The notes beneath the pieces were generated by a model that was not told the origin of the DNA, searched no databases, and saw only the letters and a list, made by a program, of their open reading frames with translations. From Candidatus Nanosyncoccus sp. (GTDB taxonomy: Bacteria; Patescibacteriota; Saccharimonadia; Saccharimonadales; Saccharimonadaceae), in assembly GCA_045544765.1 (NCBI GenBank), contig JAZPZQ010000022.1, forward strand, positions 9,837 through 73,836: 64,000 bases of DNA, written 5' to 3'. Shown here one piece after another: positions 38,328 through 46,286 of this stretch (position 1 is its first letter; every line of letters begins with the position of its first letter). The position numbers and the translations under genes are program-made.

Positions 38328-40292
38328 ATGTTCAAGTGGGCAAATCTTTTTGGTAAAAATGAGATAGAGCGCGATATTTTTTCGCCAAATCAACGTGTCA
38401 GATTTCATTTTTCCTTAAAATCTCGCCATATTTATTATTCGGTTTATAAAAACGACAAAATCGTGATCCAACCGTCGCGACTTGGTTTTCTTATCGCCGG
38501 GGAAGAGCCCCTGCGCGACAATCTCAAACTTATTCGCGAGCAAAAAGCCAAACATTCCGAAGCCATCGAGCTCCAGTGGGGCGAAGATCAGTTCATTCCC
38601 AATAATTATAATGAAACAGCTTTTTATCTCACCGAAGACAAAGACCCGAGGCGCATTTTTACTTTCCGCATCCGGGTATTTGACAATGCCGTAGCTTTCC
38701 GTTATGAAATTCCACCCCAGCCCAAGTTCAGCCAAATTTCCATCCAGGATGAACTTACCGAGTTTAATATAGACCTTAACAGCACTGCTTGGAAAATTCC
38801 CGCCTATCAACCAGACCGCTACGAATATAACTACGAAAAAACTTTTGTCCACGATTTGACCCATTCTGTTCACACTCCACTCACTCTGCGCACTCCCAAT
38901 GGTTTCTATCTCGCCATTCACGAAGCCGCGCTCTACAATTACGGCTCGATGACCATCAAACTAGACGAAAACCACTCTCTAAAAACCGATATTACCCCAC
39001 TTTCTGATGGTACCAAGGCCCACCTCAGCCTCCCCTTTCAAACCCCGTGGCGCCTTGTGATGCTAGCCGATTCCGCCATTGAGCTTACCACTAATCGCAC
39101 GATGTTTGCCCTAAACGAAGCCCCTACTCAAAATTTCGATTGGGTCGAGACGCTCAAATTTATCGGCATCTGGTGGGCGATGTACGTGGGTGAATGGACC
39201 TGGGCGCCCGGCGAACGCCACGGTGCTACTACGGAACACGCCCTACAATATATAGACGCGGCAGTGAGGCTCGGCATCTCCGGGCTTCTGATTGAGGGCT
39301 GGAACGAAGGCTGGGAAGGTGACTGGCTCGAAAACGGCATCAACAATAAATTCACCGTCGCAACTGATGATTTCGATTTAGAAAGAGTCGCCCGCTATGC
39401 CCGTCAGCATAACATTGAGTTGGTCGGTCACCACGAAACCGTCGGTTTTATCGATAATTACGAAAAACAACTCGAAGACGCCTATAATTATTATGCGGTC
39501 AATAATATCCATTACATTAAAACCGGCTACGCCGGCTCAATGATGCTAATCAACGGTCGGCGCGAATTTCACCATTCTCAACTCGGCGTCAACCATTATC
39601 AAAAAACTGTAGAGCTTGCCGCCAAGAAACACATTATGCTAGATATCCACGAGCCCATCAAAGGCACCGGTATCGAACGCACTTGGCCAAATCTCCTCAG
39701 CCGTGAAGGCGCTCGCGGTCAGGAATACGAAGGTGGCGCTCTTAGCCCCTCCCACGCCTGTTTTTTACCCTACACGCGTTTGCTCGCCGGCGGGATGGAT
39801 TACACTAGTGGCATTTTCGATCTAGCCAACAGCGTCAAGCGTATGGCTACTACTCTCGCTCGCCAACTAGCCTACTTCGTTACTATCTACTCCGGTATGC
39901 AAATGGCAGCTGATCGCCCTTATATTTATGAGGAACGCTTTCCCGAAGAATTTAAGTTTATCCGCGACGTCCCCACGAATTTCACTAAAACCATCCCGCT
40001 CGCCGGCGAGATTGGCGAATATTATGTAGTAGCCCGCAAAGACCGTGCCTCCGAGGATTGGTATCTCGGTGGCGTCACCGACGAAACTGGTCGACGCATC
40101 CACGTCAATCTAGATTTTCTAAGCGAAGGCGTATATGAGGCTAGCATTTTCGTTGATACCGAAAACGCCCACTACCGTGACGAGCAATTCGCCATCAACA
40201 AACAAACTAAACGCGTCAGCCGTAACGAATCCCTAGACTTATATATGGCGCCAGGTGGTGGCTTTGCTGTAAGGCTTCAAAAGCTATCGTAA
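38328..40292 (+). CDS. Glycoside hydrolase family 97 (alpha-glucosidase-like)
   Basis: EGWNEGW, HHET, KTGY, HEPIKGTG, REGARGQEY, MDYTSGIF; no signal peptide. Confidence 0.9.
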   Translation: MFKWANLFGKNEIERDIFSPNQRVRFHFSLKSRHIYYSVYKNDKIVIQPSRLGFLIAGEEPLRDNLKLIREQKAKHSEAIELQWGEDQFIPNNYNETAFYLTEDKDPRRIFTFRIRVFDNAVAFRYEIPPQPKFSQISIQDELTEFNIDLNSTAWKIPAYQPDRYEYNYEKTFVHDLTHSVHTPLTLRTPNGFYLAIHEAALYNYGSMTIKLDENHSLKTDITPLSDGTKAHLSLPFQTPWRLVMLADSAIELTTNRTMFALNEAPTQNFDWVETLKFIGIWWAMYVGEWTWAPGERHGATTEHALQYIDAAVRLGISGLLIEGWNEGWEGDWLENGINNKFTVATDDFDLERVARYARQHNIELVGHHETVGFIDNYEKQLEDAYNYYAVNNIHYIKTGYAGSMMLINGRREFHHSQLGVNHYQKTVELAAKKHIMLDIHEPIKGTGIERTWPNLLSREGARGQEYEGGALSPSHACFLPYTRLLAGGMDYTSGIFDLANSVKRMATTLARQLAYFVTIYSGMQMAADRPYIYEERFPEEFKFIRDVPTNFTKTIPLAGEIGEYYVVARKDRASEDWYLGGVTDETGRRIHVNLDFLSEGVYEASIFVDTENAHYRDEQFAINKQTKRVSRNESLDLYMAPGGGFAVRLQKLS

Positions 40293-40294
40293 AC

Positions 40295-40786
40295 TTACTG
40301 CCGAATGGCTGTTAAAATTAGCCGGTGGGACGCATCGCCATCACCCAAATCTTCACCAGCGCAGGTCATTAACACGAGCGTGTCGCGCTCAGCTTTACGC
40401 AGTAATTTGCTCATTCTAACCTCGGCCTTAGTCAAAACTTCACTGACCGAGACGACATATTTAGCGTCCTCATAGATAATTTCGTCACCAATGTTTACCT
40501 GGTTAAGCTCCTTAAACACCGTGCTCGAATGTCCAAATAGGAAATCCTTGTGCGCCGAACGACTGTAGCTCCCTACAATCGTATCAGGAGTCTCCAGCTC
40601 GCCGTCCACCAAGTCGACATTCGTCACATCCGAAACCAAGCCGATACTTGGTATCACGAGACGTGCCGAAACCGCATAAGATTTCGCTTCGGCCGGCCAA
40701 AAAACCACGCATAGATACGTAACAAAACAAACACAATACATTATTGTGAAAATAACTCTAGCGTCCCACCTACGTTTTAGCTCCAC
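40295..40786 (-). CDS. Sortase-family transpeptidase
   Basis: N-terminal TM; FGHS, LMTCAG and HRL supply His/Cys/Arg. GTG start after GGAGG. Confidence 0.78.
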   Translation of the reverse strand: MELKRRWDARVIFTIMYCVCFVTYLCVVFWPAEAKSYAVSARLVIPSIGLVSDVTNVDLVDGELETPDTIVGSYSRSAHKDFLFGHSSTVFKELNQVNIGDEIIYEDAKYVVSVSEVLTKAEVRMSKLLRKAERDTLVLMTCAGEDLGDGDASHRLILTAIRQ

Positions 40787-40819
40787 ACTCTCCTCCTTGA
40801 CTCTATTATAGCACAAGAA

Positions 40820-41365
40820 TTATAAACCGGGCGAGAATTTTTTTAACTTTTTTTCGTGTATTTTGTAGTTTTTATCATGCGACCCCACTTCCGCCCAAAA
40901 AGCTTTAGAATGGTCCATATGGTGTAGGTGAGCCAGTTCGTGCAAAATCACATAATCCCGCAACGCTTCCGGTACTTTCATTAGTCCAATATTAAGCGAA
41001 ATGGTACGATTACTCGAGCACGACCCCCAGCGTGTATTGGCGTGTGACAAACGGCATTTATCATACTTATAGCCGTATAACTTGGCATAATATTCAAGCC
41101 TATACGGTAAATATTCCCGCGCTTTTTTCATCAACTGTTTTTTCTGATAATCGCGTGACCTTTGCTCGTCAGGATTTTTGACCGGCAATTTCTCCATAAT
41201 CATTTTACGATTAGAGCTCAAAAATCTTTTAGCCAAAAAATCCGAAGTGTATCTGGGTACACTCATTTGTAATCGTCCAGAAGTCGACACAGAAAACTTT
41301 ACACCCCGCGACCAAGCGTTTTTACGTACAATTACTTCACCAAAATCTTTATCATTAATTATCAC
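40820..41365 (-). CDS. YgjP/DUF45 (M48-like) zinc hydrolase
   Basis: TRWGSCS, DYVILHELAHL, HSKAFW. Confidence 0.88.
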   Translation of the reverse strand: MIINDKDFGEVIVRKNAWSRGVKFSVSTSGRLQMSVPRYTSDFLAKRFLSSNRKMIMEKLPVKNPDEQRSRDYQKKQLMKKAREYLPYRLEYYAKLYGYKYDKCRLSHANTRWGSCSSNRTISLNIGLMKVPEALRDYVILHELAHLHHMDHSKAFWAEVGSHDKNYKIHEKKLKKFSPGL

Positions 41366-41375
41366 GGTATACTAA

Positions 41376-41882
41376 TTACTTAACGTCATCTAGCTCAGCC
41401 AAGCCCTTAATCACGTGCTTGGTCTGAGTTTCAAAGGTGTGCTTACCAGACAAAATAATCGGCTTCTCTATATCAGTCGGTGCCTCCATTACGGAAACCG
41501 CCTCATCATAAGCCTTCTTCGCTTTAGCTACACTCCGGTAGCGTGATTTTAGCCGCATCCTGATAGTCGCCATATCCGTCTGCACCCAAATCAACGCCGG
41601 TTCATACCCGTGACTACGGAGTAGATTCCGTATCTCGGCGCGATCACGCTCAGTATCCAAATCACCCTCTACTATAATTGTCTGCCGAGTCTTTAACACC
41701 TGTTCTAACACGACCATCACGCCTTCTTTCGAGAAACCATAGTCGCTTTCCAACTCTAACAAATCATAATATGCCAACCCAAATTTCTGCGCGAATCGCT
41801 CCGCAAAAGTAGTCTTACCGCTACAGGGCGCACCGAACACCAGAATCGCACGCGGTTTTGTTTTCTTATTACCTTCCTTCAT
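41376..41882 (-). CDS. P-loop kinase/AAA_33-like protein
   Basis: GAPCSGKT Walker A. Confidence 0.75.
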   Translation of the reverse strand: MKEGNKKTKPRAILVFGAPCSGKTTFAERFAQKFGLAYYDLLELESDYGFSKEGVMVVLEQVLKTRQTIIVEGDLDTERDRAEIRNLLRSHGYEPALIWVQTDMATIRMRLKSRYRSVAKAKKAYDEAVSVMEAPTDIEKPIILSGKHTFETQTKHVIKGLAELDDVK

Positions 41883-41927
41883 ACAAGTATTGTATCACAA
41901 GTTTTCCATTATTTGCAAATATTTCGT

Positions 41928-42992
41928 TTAATTATTGACGCCGTGATGCGCTGTAAACGAAGACGGGTTTAACTTAGCAAATATAAAACCATTATATAGC
42001 CCATACTGGATAATCCGTTCTACCGCATCTACCGAAAAGTCCTTAATATCGTGTTGCAATACCACGGAGCTTCCACCATACTTTAAGCCATTCACCACTC
42101 TGTCATAGACTCCATCCGCGGTCGTCACCCCAGCCGCATCGCCCGAAGTCACATTCCAATCAAAGTAAGTAAATCCACGGCTCTCCACTTCCTGTACTAG
42201 CTGGCTCATAATTCGCGAGTGACCGTCGTATCGCGTACTCACTGTATTTGAACTACCACCAGGAAATCGCATTAACATCGAAGTATATCCCGTGATGTCC
42301 TTAACCCGCTCCTGCACTTTATATAAATCCGCAAAAAAGTTGTCCATACTAGTATATATATAACTGTAATTATGTGAAAAAGTATGTAGTCCCACGGCGT
42401 GCCCTTCATCGTATTCGCGTTTTATCATATCATCCGAGCCATTCCCCGTCACAAAAAAAGTAGCTTTTACATTATATTTAGCCAAGATATCCAATAATTG
42501 CGCCGTATATGCCCCCGGTCCATCATCAAAAGTTAAATAAATTACACCTGCTGGCTCCAATACTTTCACGGTACGAGTTGCTGAAGCAGAATTGTTTTGT
42601 TCGTCAGTAGCAGTATATTTGATAGTGTATTCACCAACAACATTGGTGTCCACTTCACCCTCTTGTGTAACCACGGTTTCCGAACGCACATCTTCTGCCT
42701 CTACTCCCGGATCTTCGAAATTTGTCCCAACGGCAACATTAACCACTTCCCCACCTTTCAAAATAATAGTAGGCGGAGTTTCGTCGGGCGGAGTACCTGG
42801 GATATTGGCTTTAATGTATACATCACTGTTAAGAAAAGAGCTATTTGAAATTAGAATAGCATTGACTAACCATAATACCACCACCAAAACCAAGAACACT
42901 CGCCTACACCAATGGAACCTTTGTCTGGTTTTCACTTCCGACAAAATCTTTGGCTCTATCTTCCGACTTTGTTTAGAATTCACTCCAGTCAT
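41928..42992 (-). CDS. Polysaccharide (peptidoglycan) deacetylase with Ig-like DUF5011 domain
   Basis: N-terminal TM; PPTIILKG...ATRTV Ig domain; TFDDGP, HTFSH, RFPGGS, LQHD. Confidence 0.9.
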   Translation of the reverse strand: MTGVNSKQSRKIEPKILSEVKTRQRFHWCRRVFLVLVVVLWLVNAILISNSSFLNSDVYIKANIPGTPPDETPPTIILKGGEVVNVAVGTNFEDPGVEAEDVRSETVVTQEGEVDTNVVGEYTIKYTATDEQNNSASATRTVKVLEPAGVIYLTFDDGPGAYTAQLLDILAKYNVKATFFVTGNGSDDMIKREYDEGHAVGLHTFSHNYSYIYTSMDNFFADLYKVQERVKDITGYTSMLMRFPGGSSNTVSTRYDGHSRIMSQLVQEVESRGFTYFDWNVTSGDAAGVTTADGVYDRVVNGLKYGGSSVVLQHDIKDFSVDAVERIIQYGLYNGFIFAKLNPSSFTAHHGVNN

Positions 42993-43074
42993 CTGGTAAT
43001 ATTATAACATAACTCGCCTTACCTTATTCAGCAACTGTAAAGCTAACTTTTTGATCTAAATCAAACCATGGAGT

Positions 43075-43180
43075 AATTCGAAGATAAAATCCGCTAGAGT
43101 GGCATTTTCTCTTGCTGAAGCGCTATTATTGATAAAGCAAAGCAAGAAAAATGCCGCAATAGCGGATTTTAATTCGAATT
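43075..43180. repeat. ~106-bp imperfect inverted repeat abutting the tRNA-Trp CCA end
   Basis: Arms ~43075-43116 and 43141-43180 align over ~40 bp with a few mismatches and indels. Confidence 0.75.
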
Positions 43181-43256
43181 TGGCAGGGGTGGCAGGACTT
43201 GAACCCACGACACGCGGTTTTGGAGACCGCTGCTCTACCAACTGAGCTACACCCCT
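43181..43256 (-). tRNA. tRNA-Trp(CCA)
   Basis: Anticodon arm GCGGT-CTCCAAA-ACCGC; GGTTCAAGTCC; encoded CCA. Confidence 0.96.
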
Positions 43257-43323
43257 AAATGTGCTACCATATAATTTTATCACATTTTCTCCTAAAATCA
43301 TTAAAATCGTGTTAAAATGGTAT

Positions 43324-44553
43324 ATGATGAAAATACTTATGTTAGGCTGGGAATTGCCGCCTCACAATAGTGGAGGACTGGGCGTAGCGTGTCTCAATAT
43401 GGCGCGCGCCTTAGTGGACGAAGGCGCCAGTATTGATTTTGTCGTTCCCTATGAGGCTGAGCACGAAAACATCGACTTTATGCGCGTGTTGTCTGCCACC
43501 CACTTAGATCCGATTTATCGCTATGGCGGGGGCTCTTACGAATCACTCCAGATTCTCGAAAAAATCATTCCAGATAAAGACGCTTCCAAAATGGTTTCCA
43601 TTCGTGACGTACAAAAAACTTATTGCGAATTTGTCGATAAATACCTAATGAAATTTAAGCCCGACGTCGTCCACGCCCACGATTGGCTCACTTACGAGAC
43701 TGGAGTTCTCGCCAAGAAAAACTACGGCTTGCCTCTCATCGCTCACGTTCACGCTACCGAATTCGATCGCGCTGGTATGCACTCAGGCAATCCTTTAATT
43801 CACGAAATCGAATACGAAGGCCTCCTGATGGCGGATAAAATCATCGCCGTTTCCGAAGCCACCAAACGTATTATTCACGAAAAATACCACATTCCATTGA
43901 ACAAAATCGACGTAATCTATAATTCCCTCGACCAGGATTATGATACTAGTGAGTATCATTTTAGCAAAGAGCCCTACGCTTATGTCGAGAGTCTCAAACA
44001 AAAAGGCTGGACCATCGTATCTACCGTCGGTCGTTTTACGGTGCAAAAAGGTTTGTGGCACCTTATGCACGCCGCCAAATTAGTAGTAAAAAGACGCCCT
44101 AAGACCTTATTTATTTTTGCTGGCGATGGTGAAGAACGCAATGGGTTAATCAACCTCGCTGCTAAGTTAGGCATTTCTAAAAACGTTATTTTCACTGGAT
44201 TCGTGCGCGGTAAAAGACTCCGAGATATTTACTCCATTTCCGACATTTTCGTAATGAGCTCTATTTCCGAACCATTCGGGCTTACCGCCTTAGAGGCTGC
44301 CCACCACGGCGACTGCCTCATCCTTACTAAGCAATCCGGCGTATCCGAAATCATCTGGTCTGCATTGAAATACGACTTCTGGGACGAGCAAAAACTCGCC
44401 GACGAAATTATCGCCATCGCCGAAGAACCCGCCCTGAAAGACACCCTACGTCAAAATGTCAAACAAGAATATCGTAAAATTTCCTGGAATCAAGTTGCCA
44501 AAAAATGTCTGAAGATATATAATAATACCGTAAAACATAAGGGGATTAGTTAA
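43324..44553 (+). CDS. Glycosyltransferase family 4 (glycogen-synthase-like)
   Basis: LMLGWELPPHNSGGLG, HAHDWLT, EPFGLTALEA. Confidence 0.9.
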   Translation: MMKILMLGWELPPHNSGGLGVACLNMARALVDEGASIDFVVPYEAEHENIDFMRVLSATHLDPIYRYGGGSYESLQILEKIIPDKDASKMVSIRDVQKTYCEFVDKYLMKFKPDVVHAHDWLTYETGVLAKKNYGLPLIAHVHATEFDRAGMHSGNPLIHEIEYEGLLMADKIIAVSEATKRIIHEKYHIPLNKIDVIYNSLDQDYDTSEYHFSKEPYAYVESLKQKGWTIVSTVGRFTVQKGLWHLMHAAKLVVKRRPKTLFIFAGDGEERNGLINLAAKLGISKNVIFTGFVRGKRLRDIYSISDIFVMSSISEPFGLTALEAAHHGDCLILTKQSGVSEIIWSALKYDFWDEQKLADEIIAIAEEPALKDTLRQNVKQEYRKISWNQVAKKCLKIYNNTVKHKGIS

Positions 44554-44554
44554 A

Positions 44555-45754
44555 GTGCGCGCAATTTGCCTTTATTTGCATATCCATCAGCCTGTCCGCT
44601 ATCGCGAATATTCTATTTTTGATGTCGCCAATGATTCTAATTACTTCAAAGATTCATTCGACAGCCGTCAATCCAATGAGCGTATTTTCCGTAAAGTCAC
44701 AGATAAGAGCTACCGCCCAATGCTAGACTTATTGGAACAAAATATGCAAAAATATCCAGGCTTCAAGGTATCATTTAGTATTACCGGTACCTGGCTAGAT
44801 CAAGCCGCAAAATGGGCGCCGGAACTCATTATCCAGATCAAGCGAATGGTGGACCGCAATCAAGCCGAAATTGTCGGCGAGACTTATTACCACTCGCTTG
44901 CATATTTCTATAATCTCGACGAGTTCAACGACCAGGTTGAGTTACACGCAGAGAAGATCAAGCAATTGTTTGGTATCGCCCCGAAAGTCTTCCGTAACAC
45001 CGAGCTAGCTTACAACGATAGCTTAGCTCATTGGGCCGAAGAAAAGGGCTATCATGGCATCCTCGCCGAGGGTTGGGACAAAATTCTCGGTTGGCGTAGC
45101 CCTAATTTCGTCTATCGCCCTGCTGGCTGCAATAATCTAAAGCTTCTACTCAAGAACTACCACCTATCCGACGATATCGCCTTCCGTTTTTCTAACCGCA
45201 GCTGGAGCGAATGGCCTCTTACCGTGCCGAAATACTTGAATTGGCTTAATATGGACTGTCTCCGGGGCAATCTTATTAATTTATTCATGGACTTTGAAAC
45301 TTTCGGCGAGCATCAGTGGAAAGATACCGGCATATTTGACTTTATGAATAATCTCATCCCGCAATGGCTCAGCCAATATGAAAACAAATTCCTCACTGTT
45401 TCCGAGGCCTGCGATGTTTCCGAACCAGTCGGCGAAATTTATATGCCAGAGACCGTCACCTGGGCCGATACCGAACGTGACCTTTCCGCCTGGGCATCCA
45501 ATTCTATGCAACGTTCCGCTATGCAAGACCTTTATTCAATGCGAGACGCTATTCTAGCTACCAAAGACGGGCAGCTAATCCGCGACTGGCGCTACCTCAC
45601 CACCTCCGACCACCCCTACGCTATGTGTACCAAGTACTGGCACGATGGCGACGTCCACGCCTACTTTTCCGCCTACGCCTCACCTTATGAAGCCTTTATG
45701 TACTTCGAAAACGTCCTCCGCGACCTAGAATACAGATTACACATAAAAAAATAA
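44555..45754 (+). CDS. Glycoside hydrolase family 57 (alpha-amylase-like)
   Basis: HIHQP, ETYYH, FRNTEL, FMDFETFGEH, TTSDH. Confidence 0.92.
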   Translation: MRAICLYLHIHQPVRYREYSIFDVANDSNYFKDSFDSRQSNERIFRKVTDKSYRPMLDLLEQNMQKYPGFKVSFSITGTWLDQAAKWAPELIIQIKRMVDRNQAEIVGETYYHSLAYFYNLDEFNDQVELHAEKIKQLFGIAPKVFRNTELAYNDSLAHWAEEKGYHGILAEGWDKILGWRSPNFVYRPAGCNNLKLLLKNYHLSDDIAFRFSNRSWSEWPLTVPKYLNWLNMDCLRGNLINLFMDFETFGEHQWKDTGIFDFMNNLIPQWLSQYENKFLTVSEACDVSEPVGEIYMPETVTWADTERDLSAWASNSMQRSAMQDLYSMRDAILATKDGQLIRDWRYLTTSDHPYAMCTKYWHDGDVHAYFSAYASPYEAFMYFENVLRDLEYRLHIKK

Positions 45755-45774
45755 CCCCTCGAAGGGGTTATTTT
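45746..45774. terminator. Bidirectional terminator between GH57 and rpmG
   Basis: AAAATAACCCC-TCGAA-GGGGTTATTTT. Confidence 0.8.
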
Positions 45775-45982
45775 AACGTTTCTTCTCTTTGACTTCGTTT
45801 CTGCCGAGATTTTTCTTTGTTTCCACGAAAAGCACATGCTTCCTTAGCACCGGATCGTACTTCTTGAGGCTAAGCTTATCTGGGGTATTCATTGTGTTTT
45901 TCTTGGTATAATAAGCACGCACACCAGACTCTTCCGAAACCAAGCCAACCAATTTTCTCTTAGTGTTATTCTTCTTTGCCAT
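45773..45982 (-). CDS. rpmG: 50S ribosomal protein L33 (no Zn ligands, C-terminal extension)
   Basis: YYTKKN...[19 protein letters not shown]; true start MAKKNN at 45982. Confidence 0.93.
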   Translation of the reverse strand: MAKKNNTKRKLVGLVSEESGVRAYYTKKNTMNTPDKLSLKKYDPVLRKHVLFVETKKNLGRNEVKEKKR

Positions 45983-46010
45983 AATAGACACCATTTTACC
46001 ACATAACAGG

Positions 46011-46042
46011 AAAAACCGCAAGACCCTAAGTCCTGCGGTTTT
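46011..46042 (-). terminator. Intrinsic terminator downstream of the Zn-finger microprotein
   Basis: AAAACCGCAGGAC-TTAGG-GTCTTGCGGTTTTT on the minus strand. Confidence 0.75.
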
Positions 46043-46077
46043 ATTGAGGTGAATTTAATGAAAGAATTAATGACGGA

Positions 46078-46209
46078 TTATGAACCGCAACGCAAAATAT
46101 GCACAGCATACTGACCTTCGGTCAGAAAAACTTTGCCACACCTTTCACAGGTCCAAGTTACACTGTAAATGTGTTTTCTGCGATAAGTCCATTTCCGATT
46201 TTTTGCCAT
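46078..46209 (-). CDS. Unannotated 43-aa basic C2HC zinc-finger microprotein
   Basis: MAKNRKWTYRRKHIYSVTWTCERCGKVFLTEGQYAVHILRCGS; C-x2-C-x12-H-x3-C; SD GAGGAAGGTGGTG. Confidence 0.72.
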   Translation of the reverse strand: MAKNRKWTYRRKHIYSVTWTCERCGKVFLTEGQYAVHILRCGS

Positions 46210-46230
46210 AGGCATCACCACCTTCCTCTA

Positions 46231-46286
46231 ATGTTCATCGAATATTCGATGAACATCATTTTACACCTAAACCGGGTTTTTTGCAA
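46231..46286 (-). promoter_or_regulatory. Promoter TTGCAA-17-TAAAAT with a perfect 26-bp palindrome over the predicted start site
   Basis: -35 at 46281-46286, -10 at 46258-46263; ATGTTCATCGAATATTCGATGAACAT at 46231-46256. Confidence 0.65.

Noticed and set aside
43056-43301. 81-aa ORF containing GVAQLVEQRSPKP
   Set aside because: Conceptual translation of tRNA-Trp.
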